Below are positions 1 through 12,990 of a stretch of DNA of 64,000 nt, in pieces. The first letter of the stretch is position 1; each line of letters begins with the position of its first letter. Source of the DNA: Vicugna vicugna (taxonomy: Eukaryota); the NCBI GenBank assembly GCA_013265495.1, contig MU058337.1, forward strand, positions 5,560,716-5,624,715, written 5' to 3'. Under the pieces are notes generated by a model. The model was not told where the DNA came from. It saw only the letters and a list, made by a program, of their open reading frames with translations, and did not search any database. The position numbers and the translations under genes were made by a program.

Positions 1-309
1 CAATATGAACAGAATGTTTTGCCTCGTCTCTACCCACAATTGCAGAAATCCCAGCTACCCTAAAGATATGTCCTTGAACAGCTGTAGGAGTCCCCAGGGC
101 TCACCTTAGTTGCTCTCACTAGTACCCATGGCCCCCATTTTCCTCCTCTTATATTCTGGCTGTTGGAGTGATGTTTTCTGTTGCTATGGAAGCTACTGTC
201 CCTGAGTCCCTGTGTGTGTGTGAGGTGTCCTCTCCTGCCTCCTCTCCCTCTCACATGAACGATGATCCAGCACATTACTCATACATACTATGTTCTCAGC
301 AGAACAATT

Positions 310-962
310 TTAAGATTTATCCATGCTGTTGCATGTATCCATCGTTTGATCCTTTCTAATGCTGAGTTGTATCCCCATGTAAATAGACCACATTTTGTTT
401 ACCCACTCACCTGTCAATGGACACACAGGTTGTTTCCTACTTGGAGCTATTACAAATAAAATTGCTATGAGCATTCATGTAAAAGTCTTTGTGAGGGCAC
501 AATTTTCACTTCTTTTGGATAAATACCAAGTGATATGGGATTGAGTTATACATTAGTGTGTATTTAAGAAACTGTCAAATTGTTTCCAACTTGGCCAATT
601 TTATATCCCGGCGATCAGTGTAGGAGCATCCAAATGTTCCACGTCCTCGCCAACACTGGGTGTGGTCAGTCTTTTTAACAATAACCCTTTCATTGGGCAT
701 ACAAAGGTATCCTGTGTGGTTTTAATATGGATTTCCCTGATGGCTAACAATGTTGAACCTTTTTATGTGCTTCTTGGTCATTCCTGCATCTTTTTTTGTA
801 AAATGTCTGTCCAAATCTTTTGCTTATTTAGTTTGTTGTTGGGCTGTTATCATGTTTTGTAGCTATACAGGGTTTTTCTGTCTGTTTGCTTTTATATACT
901 CTACATAAAACCTTTTGTGTGATATACGCGTTGCCAATATTTTCTCCCAGACTGTAGCTTGA
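310..962 (-). mobile_element. Old L1 (L1M) ORF2 3' end / 3' UTR fragment
   Basis: Antisense L1 3' motifs such as gctattacaaataaaattgctatgagcattcatgt, cctcgccaacact, gttttaatatggatttccctgatggctaa and aatattttctcccagactgtagcttg. Confidence 0.85.
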
Positions 963-1506
963 CTGTCACCAGTGGGCTCAATAAAACTTTGCCCTTTTTT
1001 CTCAAGTCATTTAACTAGGCAGAGACTTAGAGTTATCACTCAAAGAATGCAAAGAGAGCCTGGGACATGTTATGAAACTCAGAAAGAGCTCCAGGTGGCT
1101 CCAAGTTTAAAGAGCATCTCTTGTGTTTTTGTGGAGGAACATGGAGAACATTTTCTGGACCTTCAGTAAGAAATGCTTTTGGAAAAGGACATTTTTCATT
1201 CAGCTATGATAATATTTCAATTTTATCAGATAACAAATATAATAAGAAGCTATTGACTGTGTGGGTAGACATGAAAGCTCTAGCAGATGGTTTTGACTCA
1301 GCTGTTGTCACCATGGGGGGGGACACTGTGAAGAAGTAACTCGGATGGGTGGAAGGTGAAGAAATGTTGATAGATTTATGGAGGAGAGAGTTTCAAAAGG
1401 CAAATAAACTAGAAAGTTATCTCTTCCCAGAAAGAAAGGAAATAAAAATAACAACCACCAAAAGAGCCACAATTGCAGGAGGGAGTCAAGCCACCAGCCA
1501 CACTCA

Positions 1507-1508
<2 letters not shown>

Positions 1509-1550
<42 letters not shown>
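1509..1550. repeat. (CA)21 microsatellite
   Basis: Direct reading of the sequence. Confidence 0.97.
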
Positions 1551-1551
<1 letters not shown>

Positions 1552-1856
1552 GTGCAAATACAAGGATCAATCAACTGCAATCTGCTTTCTTTTTTCCCTA
1601 CTAAAAGTGTGCATGTCCTGCTGGTGGGTTTCAGTACATTCTAGGTAACAGAATACACAATTGACCATCATGCTTCCTCTGAATCCTGAAAAAGCCAGAG
1701 AAAATGTGCAAGATGAAGCCTTCAGGGAAAACGAAAGACACACAACAAGTGGTCAGTGAGAAACTAACCCAGGAAATCACCCCACATCTGCAGCCAACAT
1801 CAGCAAAGACAAAAACATTTTTAAAAATAATGATTTAAGCATAACTAGGCATTTTG

Positions 1857-2050
1857 TAGACTCTGGACTTAATTGTTTCAATGCCTGCGAATTTAGTTAA
1901 ATTACTTAAACTTAATTTATTCATCCATGAGTTGAAGATAAATAATATCTATTTGATAGAATGATTGAGAGTATTATACTAAATCAAACATGCTCATTTC
2001 CTGAAACAGATTTCAGTACAAAGTAGACACTCATTACATTTTAGTCATTA
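1857..2050 (+). mobile_element. MIR SINE, decayed
   Basis: Degenerate MIR core (ttacttaaac...ttcatccatgagttgaagataaataata) and tail (agtagacactcattacatttta). Confidence 0.6.
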
Positions 2051-2095
2051 CCCCTATCCCAGCTTCTACTTGCCCTTAATAAGAATGCTATTTGG

Positions 2096-2406
2096 AAAAC
2101 AAACAAACAAAGCATAAATACAAAACAGAAATAGACTCATAGACATAGAATACAAACTTGTGGTTGCCAAGGGGGCGGAAGGTGGGAAGGGATAGACTGG
2201 GATTTTGAAATTGTAGAATAGATAAACAAGATTATACTGTATAGCACAGGGAAATATATACAAGATCTTATGGCAGCTCACAGAGAAAAAAATGTGACAA
2301 TGAATATATATATGTTCATGTATAACTGAAAAATTGTGCTCTACACTGGAATTTGACACAACATTGTAAAGTGATTATAAATCAATAAGAAATGTTTTTA
2401 AAAAAA
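2096..2406 (+). mobile_element. Young 5'-truncated L1 3' UTR (camelid/artiodactyl type) with 15-bp TSD
   Basis: L1 tail motifs (gactcatagacatagaatacaaacttgtggttgccaagggg; tactgtatagcacaggg) and a poly-A. TSD aagaatgctatttgg at 2081-2095 and aagaacgctatttgg at 2407-2421. Confidence 0.93.
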
Positions 2407-2694
2407 AAGAACGCTATTTGGGAATTTTATGCCTTTTTTGAACATCATAAATTCTTAGGGTTGCACTGTGGCAACCAGCCAGCAAAAGTCACATTCCATA
2501 ACACTTCAGGGATTATCTAATTTAATGAATCTATATTTTTCCCTGGCCTTCAAAGAAACTCTAAGTTAAAAAGTAAAATCATAGGAACTAGAGATGCCTG
2601 AGATTTTTGGTACATTTATTTGCTCTCCTAAACATGGTAACAGTAACTTTAATTTTTTTTTAAGTTGTGCTAATGTGATAGCATCGAGCTAAAT

Positions 2695-2790
2695 ACTTTG
2701 TCACAATAACCCCAGGATGTAGGTACGAGTGTTATTCCCAGCTTGTATATAAGGGATGGAGACTGAGAGGGGTTAATTTTCCTAGGGGTG
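2695..2790 (-). mobile_element. MIR fragment
   Basis: tcacaataacccc...taggta...ttattccca...gagactgagaggggttaa. Confidence 0.55.
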
Positions 2791-3974
2791 TCTGATGTGA
2801 AAGTCTGTTGTTTGTAATGTTGCCTCTACTATATAGCTTCTAATTTCTGACTACTATTTTTAAAGTGTTGTTATCATTGCATCTTTTACTGTGTGCTGCT
2901 CAAATCTTTTGGGGAAGTGGGAGTGATGTCAATCAATTATAAATAAATATTTCCAAAACAGACAAATCATCAGAAGCCCACAAATTAAAGCAAAAAAAAA
3001 AAAAAGCCAGCCAAGCAAGCAATGAACGAGACCCAGACAATAAAACCATTAGCTTGAAAATAAAACCCATAGGTACAATTCTCAACCTAATGTTCACCAC
3101 CACAAACTGCGTTATTTATGAAAAACCACCCAGAACCCATTTATCTAGCAAAATAGCATGTAAGGCTCCTATCAGACATCTAGGAATAAGACTATAGACG
3201 ACGGAAAACTTGAGAAGTGAGATCAATACACAAAGTCTAGAAGGACTGACACTATCTCTGATTCTGTCCCCTGAATATGACAGTATTTGAAAAGGCCATC
3301 TGCTTTATCTGTCCTTCTACCCTGGCTGGTACCAAAACCATGCACTCATTCCTTCAGCGTAAGACCCTGATTCTTGCCAAAATGCAAATAGTCCTGGGAG
3401 GGCTGACAGAGTTCCATCCATCGATGAGAAGTCTGTGATGATAACATTCCCTCTCTCAGAACGAGGGGGAAAGGAGCAGGAACTTGCACACCTCAGGTAA
3501 CTGCAGAGAGGGGAGAACTACCTCTCAATCATGCCTCGAGTCATCTAAGGCGTAAGGCTGAGCTGAGAGTCTCAGCCCCCAAGCCTTCCATGCAAATAAG
3601 CTGACAGAGCGTTAAAGGTTCTTATTTACACAGAAGAATGCTGCTTATAACCTTAGATGCAGGTAGGATGGAAATATTTAATTTATCTTTTTCCTTTCAT
3701 GGTATTTTATTAGAAGTTTTGGAGATTGACTAGAAAGGGCAATTCTGCAATGTCGGCCACAGAAGTTACAGCATCCAGTTAAAAATAAGATCACTAAAAT
3801 AAGATCACTAAATGGCAACATGAATAGACTTGAGTAAATTTGTTTAAAATAAGTTTTAAATGGATTTCCTGAAAAACAGGATTACAAGGGAAAAGGGGAA
3901 AAAACATTTGAAAGAGAACACATTAAACCATGCTAAAAGAAGAAAATAATTGGAACATAGCCTCAGGATCTTCC

Positions 3975-4092
3975 ATCACTGAACAGTAGATCTATGAGTG
4001 AGGGGGGAAGAAGAGTTTGTTGTTTTAAGTCACTGCGAAATAGTATGATTGTTTGTTACACAGCATGATTGGGGCAAGAACTGATTAACAGA
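3975..4092 (+). mobile_element. MaLR (MLT1) LTR 3' end fragment
   Basis: ttgttgttttaagtcactg...ttgtttgttacacagca...aactga resembles the MLT1 U5 end. Confidence 0.6.
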
Positions 4093-4699
4093 ACTCGTGA
4101 CATAAAATGATTATGGGACAAGACATTTCAATAATTCCTGTGCTCTGGGAGCAGATGTAGGCTCAGTAACCGAGGAACCAGGGTGAAGGAAGACTTGACC
4201 CAGAATACAAGTGGAGGAGTGGCAGACTAACCAGTAGTTCTCTAGAGATTCTTCACACTCAGAGATGCTAAAGACAGCAAAATACAGGCATGAGACATGG
4301 AGCTCAACACGGGAGAATTCAATTAAACGTCACAGGTAACTCTTTCACTCACAAGCGCAGAACTAGGTGTCTACTCTCCACGGAGAAAGAAAGAAAGAGG
4401 AAAAGAAAGGAAAAGGAAAGGAGATAGGAAGAAATGAAAGAAAAAAGAAAAGGAAAAAACATAGATTTCTCCTTTTAAAAAATTGAACTTACGTAAAGTT
4501 AGGACAAACTTTGGGTACAGGAGCCTGAAAGTAAAACCCTCCACATTCTGTATAAATGTATGATTGTTGCCCAACATACTGGCTGATTCCACGTCGACTC
4601 AGCATGAACAAGCCTGACAGCTGATGTGACCCAAACACGACCAATATTTTAAGGCAAACTTGAACATGACAGATCAAAAAAAAAAAATTAACCAGAAAA

Positions 4700-6430
4700 A
4701 AAGGGCACTGGTAAGTATAAAAGCTAGTACTATTATATTTTTAGTTTGTAACTCCTCTTTTGTTTCTATTATGATTTAAGACACAAATAAACAATAATTA
4801 TAAATGTATGCTGAGGGGCACACAATATATAAAGATGAAATTTGTGACAATATAAAAAGGAGGTACAGAGCTGGATAGAAGTAGAGTTAATGTAGATTAC
4901 TGAACTAAGTTGGTACTAATTCTAACTACACTGGACTAATTTAGGATATCAGTTGTAATTCCCATGATAACTACTAAGAAAATAGATTTTTAAACATACA
5001 GAAAATAAAAGGAAAAAAGAATAAAAATTGTTCACTAGGAAAAAAATCAAAAACAAAAGAAGGCAGTATTGGAGGAAATGAGGAACAAAAAAAGATACAA
5101 GACTTATAAAAAAACAAACAACAAAGTGCAGAAGGAAGTCCTGCACCATCATTGTCTCTTTAAATGTACATAAATTAAACTCACCAATTCAAAGTCAGAA
5201 ATGGCAAGATAGATTTTTAAAAAATTAATCCAACTCTATGCTGCTTATGAGAGACTTCAGACAGAAAGACAAAAAAAGGCGGGAGGTGAAAAAATAAAAA
5301 TGATATTCCATGCAAAGAGTAACCAAAAGAGAGCTGGGTGGCTATATGAATAGCAAATAAAATAGATTTTAAGTTAGAGACAAAGAAGGACATTATATAT
5401 TGGTAAAAGGGTCAATTCAACAAAAATATAGAATTATACACATCTATGCACCAAACAAAAGAGTCCCAAAATATATAAAGCATACATTGACTAAATTAAA
5501 GGTGGAAATAGACAGTTCTACAATAATAAGTGGAGACTTCAATATTCTCCACTTTTAATAACGAATAGAACACATAGACAGAAGACCAATAGGAATTAGA
5601 GTACTTGAACAACACTATAAACCAACTAGACTTAGCAGACATACACAGAACACTGCAACCAACAGCAGAACACACATTCTTCTCAAATGCACATGGAACA
5701 TTCCCCAAGATGTACCATATGTTATGTCTTAAAACAATGAATTTAAAAAGATTGAAACCGTCAAAGTATCTTCTCTAACCACATGGAATGTTGCTAGAAA
5801 TGAACAACAGAAGGAAAACTGGAAAAGCACAAATATATGGAAACAAAACAACATACTCTTAAACAAGCAATGGGTTGGGTTAAGAAAAGAAGTCACTAGG
5901 AAAAGTAAAAAATGCCTTGAGACAAATGAAAATGAAAACACAATGTACTAAAACTTACAGGATGCAATGAAAGCAGTGCTCAGAGAAAATTTATAGCTGC
6001 AAACGCCCACATTAGAAAAGAAAAAAGATCTCAGATCAACAATCTAACTTTCTTCAGTAACTAGGAGAAGAAAAACAAAATAAACCTAAAGCCAGAAGAA
6101 GGAAGGAAATAATAAAGATCAGAGTAGGGACAAACCAAATAGCACAAAGAGCGACAACAGAGGGAATCAAGGGAATAAAAAGTTCGTTCTTTGAAAAGAT
6201 CAACAAAAGTGACAAACATCTAGCTTGACTAAGAAAAAAGAGAAGATGAAAATAACTAAAATCATTAATGAATGTGGGGACTTTATTATTAACCTTACAG
6301 AAATTAAAAGGATTCTAAGAGAATACTATGAACAATTAAAGACCAACAAGTTAAAATACTCTCCATAAAATTCCTAGAAACATGCAAATGACCAAAACTG
6401 GCTCAAGAAAAAAATGGAAAATTTTAAAAC
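4700..6430 (+). mobile_element. Old L1 fragment: inter-ORF region plus ORF2 endonuclease domain, many stops and frameshifts
   Basis: From about 5150, degenerate matches to the L1 EN motifs LNVNGLNSPIKR, PTICCLQETH, NIYAPN and IIVGDFN; further on the ttctttgaaaagatcaacaaa and agagaatactatgaacaa motifs. Confidence 0.92.
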
Positions 6431-6759
6431 AGATCTAGGGATCTGTTCTTTAGGGAACAGAGGAGAATGCTCCTTTCTGACTCACACAGGAGAATGAGCA
6501 CTTCCCAGAAACCACCACAGACGAACAATCTGAGGTTGGCAGTGGGAAGCAGGGCTACATAAACACCACACAGAACTGGACATCAAGGGGCAATGGAGTC
6601 AGGTCTCTGAGGCCTCTGTCACCACCCAGCCCCAGGGGCTGAATCCATCATCACTGGTCTGAGTCTGGATCTGTTACTCATGGTCCATCAAGCGTCCTCA
6701 CCTAGTGTCCTTTGAACCTGTTCCAGGAACATCTCAGCACCTTCTGGAGAAAGCATAAA

Positions 6760-7545
6760 CCACACATCTGATCCATCCGCTGACAAGATGTGTCAGTTCT
6801 TCCAAAATGTATCCAGTGGATTTTCTTTTCGCCATCTTCACTGCCAACAAACATCACCACCACCACCGCCGCTGCCAAAAACATTATTCATGTCTGGACT
6901 GAGTGCAGAAGGCTCTTAAATGCTGCCACCCATCCCCACCCCATCTTCAGTTCAGTCTCCACTCACCACCCAAAGTCATCTTTTAAAATGGACAAAATTC
7001 AATCCTGTCACTCTCCTGCTTGACTCCTTTCAATGGATTCCTCTTACTCCTGAATCACCCACAATTCCTTGCACAGCTTACAAAGCGCTACACGGTCTGG
7101 CCCCTTCTAGGGTACTGGCCCTTTCCCTCCTGTTGTGAAGTCCTGGGTGCAATGATCTGTTCTTCATTCCTGTTCATCCCTGGATCTTCACACGTGCTCT
7201 CCTGAATGTCTGTCCCTCCCACAAGACGGCACCTCTGTCCTTACCCGGCTGACTCCTTCAGGTCTCGGGTGACAGGGCACCTCCTGTGGGGGGTTTCTGC
7301 CCCTCCCCTCACCAACTTAGGTGTCCCACTGTCCAGTCTCCTGCTTTTTCTTGGTGACAGTTAGCAGAATTATAACTAAACCGTGTTTAATTATTTACTT
7401 GATTTCTCTCCCACTAAACCATACACTTTATGAATAAGGACAGGGGCTAGAGGGGTTTTCAGGCTGCTGTTTCTTCATCCCTTAACAAAGGAATTGGGAT
7501 GTAATAGATGCCCCATAGACAGTTATTGGCTGAATAAATAAGTGA
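6760..7545 (+). mobile_element. L2 LINE 3' portion
   Basis: tgtcactctcctgctt...caatggattcc...ggtctggcccct and the terminal ttggctgaataaataagtga. Confidence 0.75.
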
Positions 7546-8479
7546 TTAAAACGATTTCTCTCCTCTCTAGAAAAAGCCTTATATTTATGGCTGAATGTCT
7601 ACTACTTTTGCAAGTGAACATTTTAAACTTTATTTTTAAGCTCCTTAGAAATCTTAATCAGGACAAATAAAGGTCTGTCATACGATGCCTAAAGATAGGA
7701 AATATTAAAAATCAAGAAGAACCCTTTAAAATAAAGTTCTACACACCGGCGAATCTGCTCTAAGTACGAATAATCAGGTTGAGGCAATGACAAGGAATTC
7801 TGATGCAAGTACTTTAATAAAGAACTTATTTAAGAAATGTTTAAACCCCAGGTAACAATATTTTTAAATTTCAGACCACAATCACATTATTAACACAAGG
7901 CTGAGGCACAAAGACCATAATAATTTGAGGTGTGATTTTTAATATCTCATGGGCCTAGGTAGATCCTTCTGGCCAGTCACTCTCAGAACGCTGGACATGC
8001 AGACATGCACAGTGAAAGTTTCTGCAGCAGACTTTTTACCAAGAGTAGTAAGTAAACATTACAGCTGCCTGGTTCCTCCATGATCCAAATTTTTCTTGGT
8101 TCAGTCAGACTGCAGTTACACGTTAGCCCTAAGCTAGAATTTGACAAGAATTTGATTACAGCCATAGTAATTTTTCAGAGGAACAATACTCAGCGTGTGG
8201 GCTGACAGCGGGCAGCTCCGGAGCGGGCCTGAGCCCACCACACAACCACACATCTACAGCATCCGCCCTTAACCACCTTACATGTGCATGGTGGGGTCTA
8301 TTTCTTGGAATGTTTTCATGAAAATCTGAGAGTCACCCCACAGTCATGAAGTAAGACTTACAGACTCTAGTCTCTCCATATGTTTAAAAAACAAAAGCCA
8401 AAAAATAGATTTCAAGAAATTGATGTGTCTTACCCAAAGTCCTATAGCATCAAGTCCAGGTCTGGAACTAGGACTCTCC

Positions 8480-8775
8480 AGGTTATTCACTCATTAAACT
8501 AATATGCAATGAGTGCCTGCTATTTCTAGGCATGGCTCAAAATTTCAAGTGTGTGTGTATATATATATATATTTTTTATTATTTAAATTATTATTATTAT
8601 TATATTATTTAAAATATATATATATTCTTTTTTTTTTAAAGATCCTGGAGGATAAACCGGAGGTGAGCTCTAGATGAATGGAGTGAGAAGGGAGTAAGAG
8701 GTCCACCGAGGAGGAGATGTCAAGAAGGCTGTCGGGTGTACAAGTCTGGACTTCAGCAGGCAGTCTTTGGCTGCT
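8480..8775 (-). mobile_element. L2 fragments interrupted by an AT-rich simple repeat (about 8550-8640)
   Basis: attcactcatt...atgagtgcctgctatttctaggca (L2 tail) and ggagatgtcaagaaggctg...agtctggacttcag. Confidence 0.5.
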
Positions 8776-9664
8776 CTAAGAACTCCTGGCATAGTGCTCT
8801 GCCCAGCTTGATGGACTTCCTGCAGCCATAGCTTACACTTCACCAGAATAAAAAACGCGGTGGTGAAGTTAAATCCTCAGCACCCTCCTGCTGCCCTCAA
8901 ATCTGCACTGGTCTTATTTCCAAGAAAAGGTAACTAGTCACCCTCATTTTACCTGAGGGGACCCTCAATCAAGGAGCTCCTTGCCCAGCTTCATACGACA
9001 GAAACCCTATTACCTAACTTCAGACACAGTGTGAGATGGAACTTTATAAAACTGACATTGTAGTTGATTGAATATGGTACCATTTCCCTAAAATCCATAG
9101 TGCATTTAACCATTTTTCCTACTATATTAGAAGGATCCAATTTTGTTTTTTATACCCTCATAGGAGAGTATTTGGAAAGCCTGGGGAAAATCACAAGTAG
9201 CTGAGTGATCCAAAAGAGCCACGCTCAATGCATCTAAATAACCTTGTCTTTGGTTAACAATGAATTGATGCCAGTGGAATGATCATATTTTAAAACTTTC
9301 CCTATAAATGTGACATATGCATCCCCATGTGTCAGCCTAATCTCGGCTGAAAACATTTCAGTGAATGACAAGTTGATTGGCCCCAATTTGAAAAGCACAG
9401 CATATAAAAACATAATTTCGGGGTGGCCAACAATATGACAGATTCTATATTTTGCTCATACACAGAACTGGTTTGAACTGTTTGGGGAATTTTGAAAGTC
9501 TGTGAATGCTTTCAGCAAAGAAAATTGGCCAGAAAGGAGAGGGAGGAAAAGGAAGGAATGGAATTAACAACTGCTGGGCAACTATTATCAGCTAGACATT
9601 ATTTGAGAGAAAATGATGGGGTAAGTGACTGATTGATAATCATTGTTTTTAGAACCAAAGGAAT

Positions 9665-9845
9665 AGCATGATGTGGATGGAAAGAACACTGGCCTTGTAA
9701 GTGAAGAGCCCCAGTGCAGATCCCAGCTTTGTCACGACTGTGAGTTCTCAAATTATGTCATGTCTTTGACCTCTAGTTTTTAGATCTGTAAAAGGAGGGT
9801 AACAATAGGTACTTTCTAGGTAGTTGTAAGAACTGAACTAGATTT
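9665..9845 (+). mobile_element. MIR SINE
   Basis: ggaaagaacactggcctt...atcccagctttgtcac...tctgtaaaaggagggtaacaata...gttgtaagaa. Confidence 0.75.
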
Positions 9846-11965
9846 CACTTGTACACACACACACACACACAGACAAATTGGCTTAGTTCTAATTTTACAT
9901 TATTAGAAACCATGTATTATGGAGGCCCCAGTATGATGTGGAAGATACTTGAGCCAGTCAGTAAGGCACACACCACAGTGGTATAGACAACAACTAAAAC
10001 ATGGGTCGCTTCTGCTAAGATGCTATGCAGGGGCTTATGGATTCAATCACTCAGAGGCTTGAAAGCATAAGCACAACCCAGCATAAGTCCCCTCTCCTGT
10101 GTCCACTGTATAACATCAGCAACACCGGGACTCCTTCCTGGGGTCTCCTCATTCATTTTAATGAGTTTATGTCAAAAGCCACGGCCTTGTGAGTTAAAAG
10201 CCACCAAAAGAAACTCTTAGAAAATAAGCTACAGCAGTGAAAACATATCTTGATTATGTGGGGAGTGGAGGGCATGAGGAACCTTCTAAAGAATTCTTCA
10301 GCAGTTTTCCATAAATATACATCTTGCCCCATGATAAAGAGGAACAGGAGGTCTGTTCTGCAAACTGCTCACTCATAAGGAATTTGAATCTCTCTATTGC
10401 TTTCATTTGCTTCCACCTGCTGTGAATAACAGTAAGGATGAAGGCCAGCTCCAAATCCTGGATCCCAAATAAAAAGTCCAGAAAAGTGGATGGTGTACGG
10501 AGGTTGGGGATTAAGCGGAAGGCGAAATGGCAACAAGAATGAAAACCTTGGAGAGAGAGAAAGGAGGTGGACCCAAAATGAGGGAAGCTTGGCTCTCTAG
10601 TATGATCCCATGGGGACCTTAACTTTCAAATGAGAATGAGGCCTCTAATTTCCTCTTTAAGCAAATATTGATTGGGTTTTTCAGATTGGCTGTAATGTGA
10701 GAAACTCCATGATGCTGTTAGAAGTAAAAGTGGATAGATCAGCTCCTTTTCAACTGAATTCGCCATCAAAGCCAGATGAAGATATAAAAAATATCTTGAG
10801 GGGATAGGGTGAGTAATTGTATGATTTGTCATCAAATGTTTTCTTTTGTGCTGGTCCTCTCTTAAATAACAAAATCATCTCAAGAAATAGGTTTATATTA
10901 ACATCTGTAATCGGGGCGTTGAAGAAAGAAAATGGAAGTGCAACGTACTTGCTGACTATGAAAGTGCTTTCATTTTAAAAACCTGAGCTACGAAAGGCGA
11001 ACCTCGCTGGGGAAGGTGAGGTAAATCCTCTAGGAGAACACGCTGAGAGTAGACCAGAGTGCAGGACCACGTGCAGGCACACCTGGGGAGACGTGGCATG
11101 CAATAGGGTCAACATCAAGGACAAAGAGCTATGGTGCTGGTGCTGCAGCTTAACTGTGCCCAGAGGAGATGTTCAAATCCTGGTCCCTATGTGGAAAGAC
11201 CTCTGCCTCTGGAGCATGGCCTCAATCAGCCTCCTGCCCAGAAGAGGCAAGGGGGACTTCAGGCATCTCCACTGTGGATCTTAGAGGGAAGTCTTGCCCC
11301 CGATGCTCTTTTACTTGGGGTCCTCTTTTCCCATCTCCTTTGGCCCTACAAGAACTAAGAGTCAGAGGTAAGATCATGTGTGAACTGGAAGGAAAGGAGT
11401 CACATCTAGCAGAGGTCCCAAGCCAGAAAGACCAGAGTAATCCTTCCAAGCTCATGTACTCTGGTCTGGAACAACCGTGAGCAGGAGAGGCACTCAGAAT
11501 CGCTGGGGGATCCCTCTTAGTAAGGAGGGGGTGTGTACTTTCCACCTAGCAAACTGGCTACACCCACACATTTCTGTGCTTCCTGTATTTTCTACCACAA
11601 ACATATTATTTTGATAACACAAAACTACAGTAAGTGCCAAAAAAATGAAGACCAAGAGCTAAAACACGTAAAACCTAAAATATAGTTACTTTAGGTTACT
11701 TACTCGGCTAACCACACTCTATAATTTTTCAGATGAGCATCTTTCCCACTGCTTCTGGGGTTGGAACCAGTGAACAAATAAATGCTACTCACAATTCACT
11801 GTGAAATATTCGTTTATTACCATTGGATTCTGGAGCAGATACAACCTATTGTAACATCAGCATATCCCATTCTATGATGCAGTTGGAAGCACTATGTAGT
11901 TGCTTTTGTTTTTTCCTCTTTAAGCAAATATTGAAAACTATTTTTTGAGTTTAAAGATTACAGAT

Positions 11966-12496
11966 GGGTATGTACCCCCAAAAAATATCTAAAGCAGGGT
12001 CTCAAAAAGATATTTGGGCACCCATGTTCATAGCAGCACTATTCACAATACCCAAAAGGTAAAAGCAAGCCAAATGTCCATCAGGAGATGACTGGATAAA
12101 TAACATGCAGTATATCCATACAATGGAATATTATTCAGCCTTAAGAAGGAAGGAAAATCTGACACATCCTACAGCATGGATGAACCCTGAGGACATTATA
12201 CTAGTGAAGTAAGTCAGTCACAAAAAGGTAAATACTGTGTGATTCCACTTATATGAGGTACCTGGAGTAGCCACATTCAGAGAGACAGAAAGTAGAATGC
12301 TGGTTGCCAGGTGCTAGGGGTGAGGTGCGGGGATGGAGGGTTATTGTTTAAGGGGTGCAGAGTTTCTATTCAGCCAGATGAAGAGTTCTGGAGGTCCACT
12401 GCATAGCAATGTGAATCTACTTAACATTGAACTGTACACTCAAAAATGGTTAAGAGGGTAACTTTTATATTATGTGTATTTTACTACAATTAAAAA
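11966..12496 (+). mobile_element. L1 (L1MB-like) 3' end
   Basis: cccatgttcatagcagcactattcacaata, caatggaatattattcagccttaa, tgattccacttatatgaggtac, and the end actgtacactcaaaaatggttaag...acaattaaaaa. Confidence 0.93.
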
Positions 12497-12759
12497 TGGA
12501 TGAAATGTACTGAGTATAATCTATTATTCTATTAGATGAAAAAACTTTGAGGGAGAAGTTAAATTTCAGCAGGTAATCCTGAACAAAGAATGGGATTGGG
12601 AACTGGAAGTCTTGAGATGGAATTTAGAGGCAGTGGGAGCAGCATTCAGAAATCCATTGGGAATCCACAGCAAGCTCTCAGGAGATTCCTGACCCCTGGA
12701 GGAATTGTGTTACGACCAATGTGAATGCATTTGCATCAGAATGCTGGGTAGGTCTAGAC

Positions 12760-12990
12760 GGTGGGAGACCCTAGAGAGTGAAGGGCTTGAAGCTGAGGGG
12801 ACAACTTTGGGTGTGACTGGACATGAAGGACAGTGGTGAGCCACCACGGGGGATGCCGAGAGAGGTGACACTGTCAGAGCAGCAGGTGAGAAAAATGAAT
12901 TTGGCAGCTGCATGAAGGACTGACTGCAGGGGACTCATGCTGGAAGCAGGGAAGCTGTTGAGGAATGGGTTGTAATTACTGGTCTTGGAA
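12760..12990 (-). mobile_element. L2 fragment
   Basis: tttggcagctgcatgaaggactgactgcagggg...ggaagcagggaagctgttgagga. Confidence 0.55.

Noticed and set aside
3782..3812. 14-bp tandem duplication (aaaataagatcact twice)
   Set aside because: An ordinary slippage-scale duplication.
4382..4460. Polypurine tract as a splice-acceptor signal or triplex element
   Set aside because: Low-complexity GA-rich tract with no adjacent credible exon.
5150..6430. L1 ORF2 endonuclease as an intact or domesticated gene
   Set aside because: Multiple stops and frameshifts; the track shows no plus-strand ORF of 60 aa or more here.
9376..9410. CCAAT plus TATA arrangement as a promoter
   Set aside because: These short motifs are common in AT-rich DNA, and there is no CpG island or downstream exon evidence.
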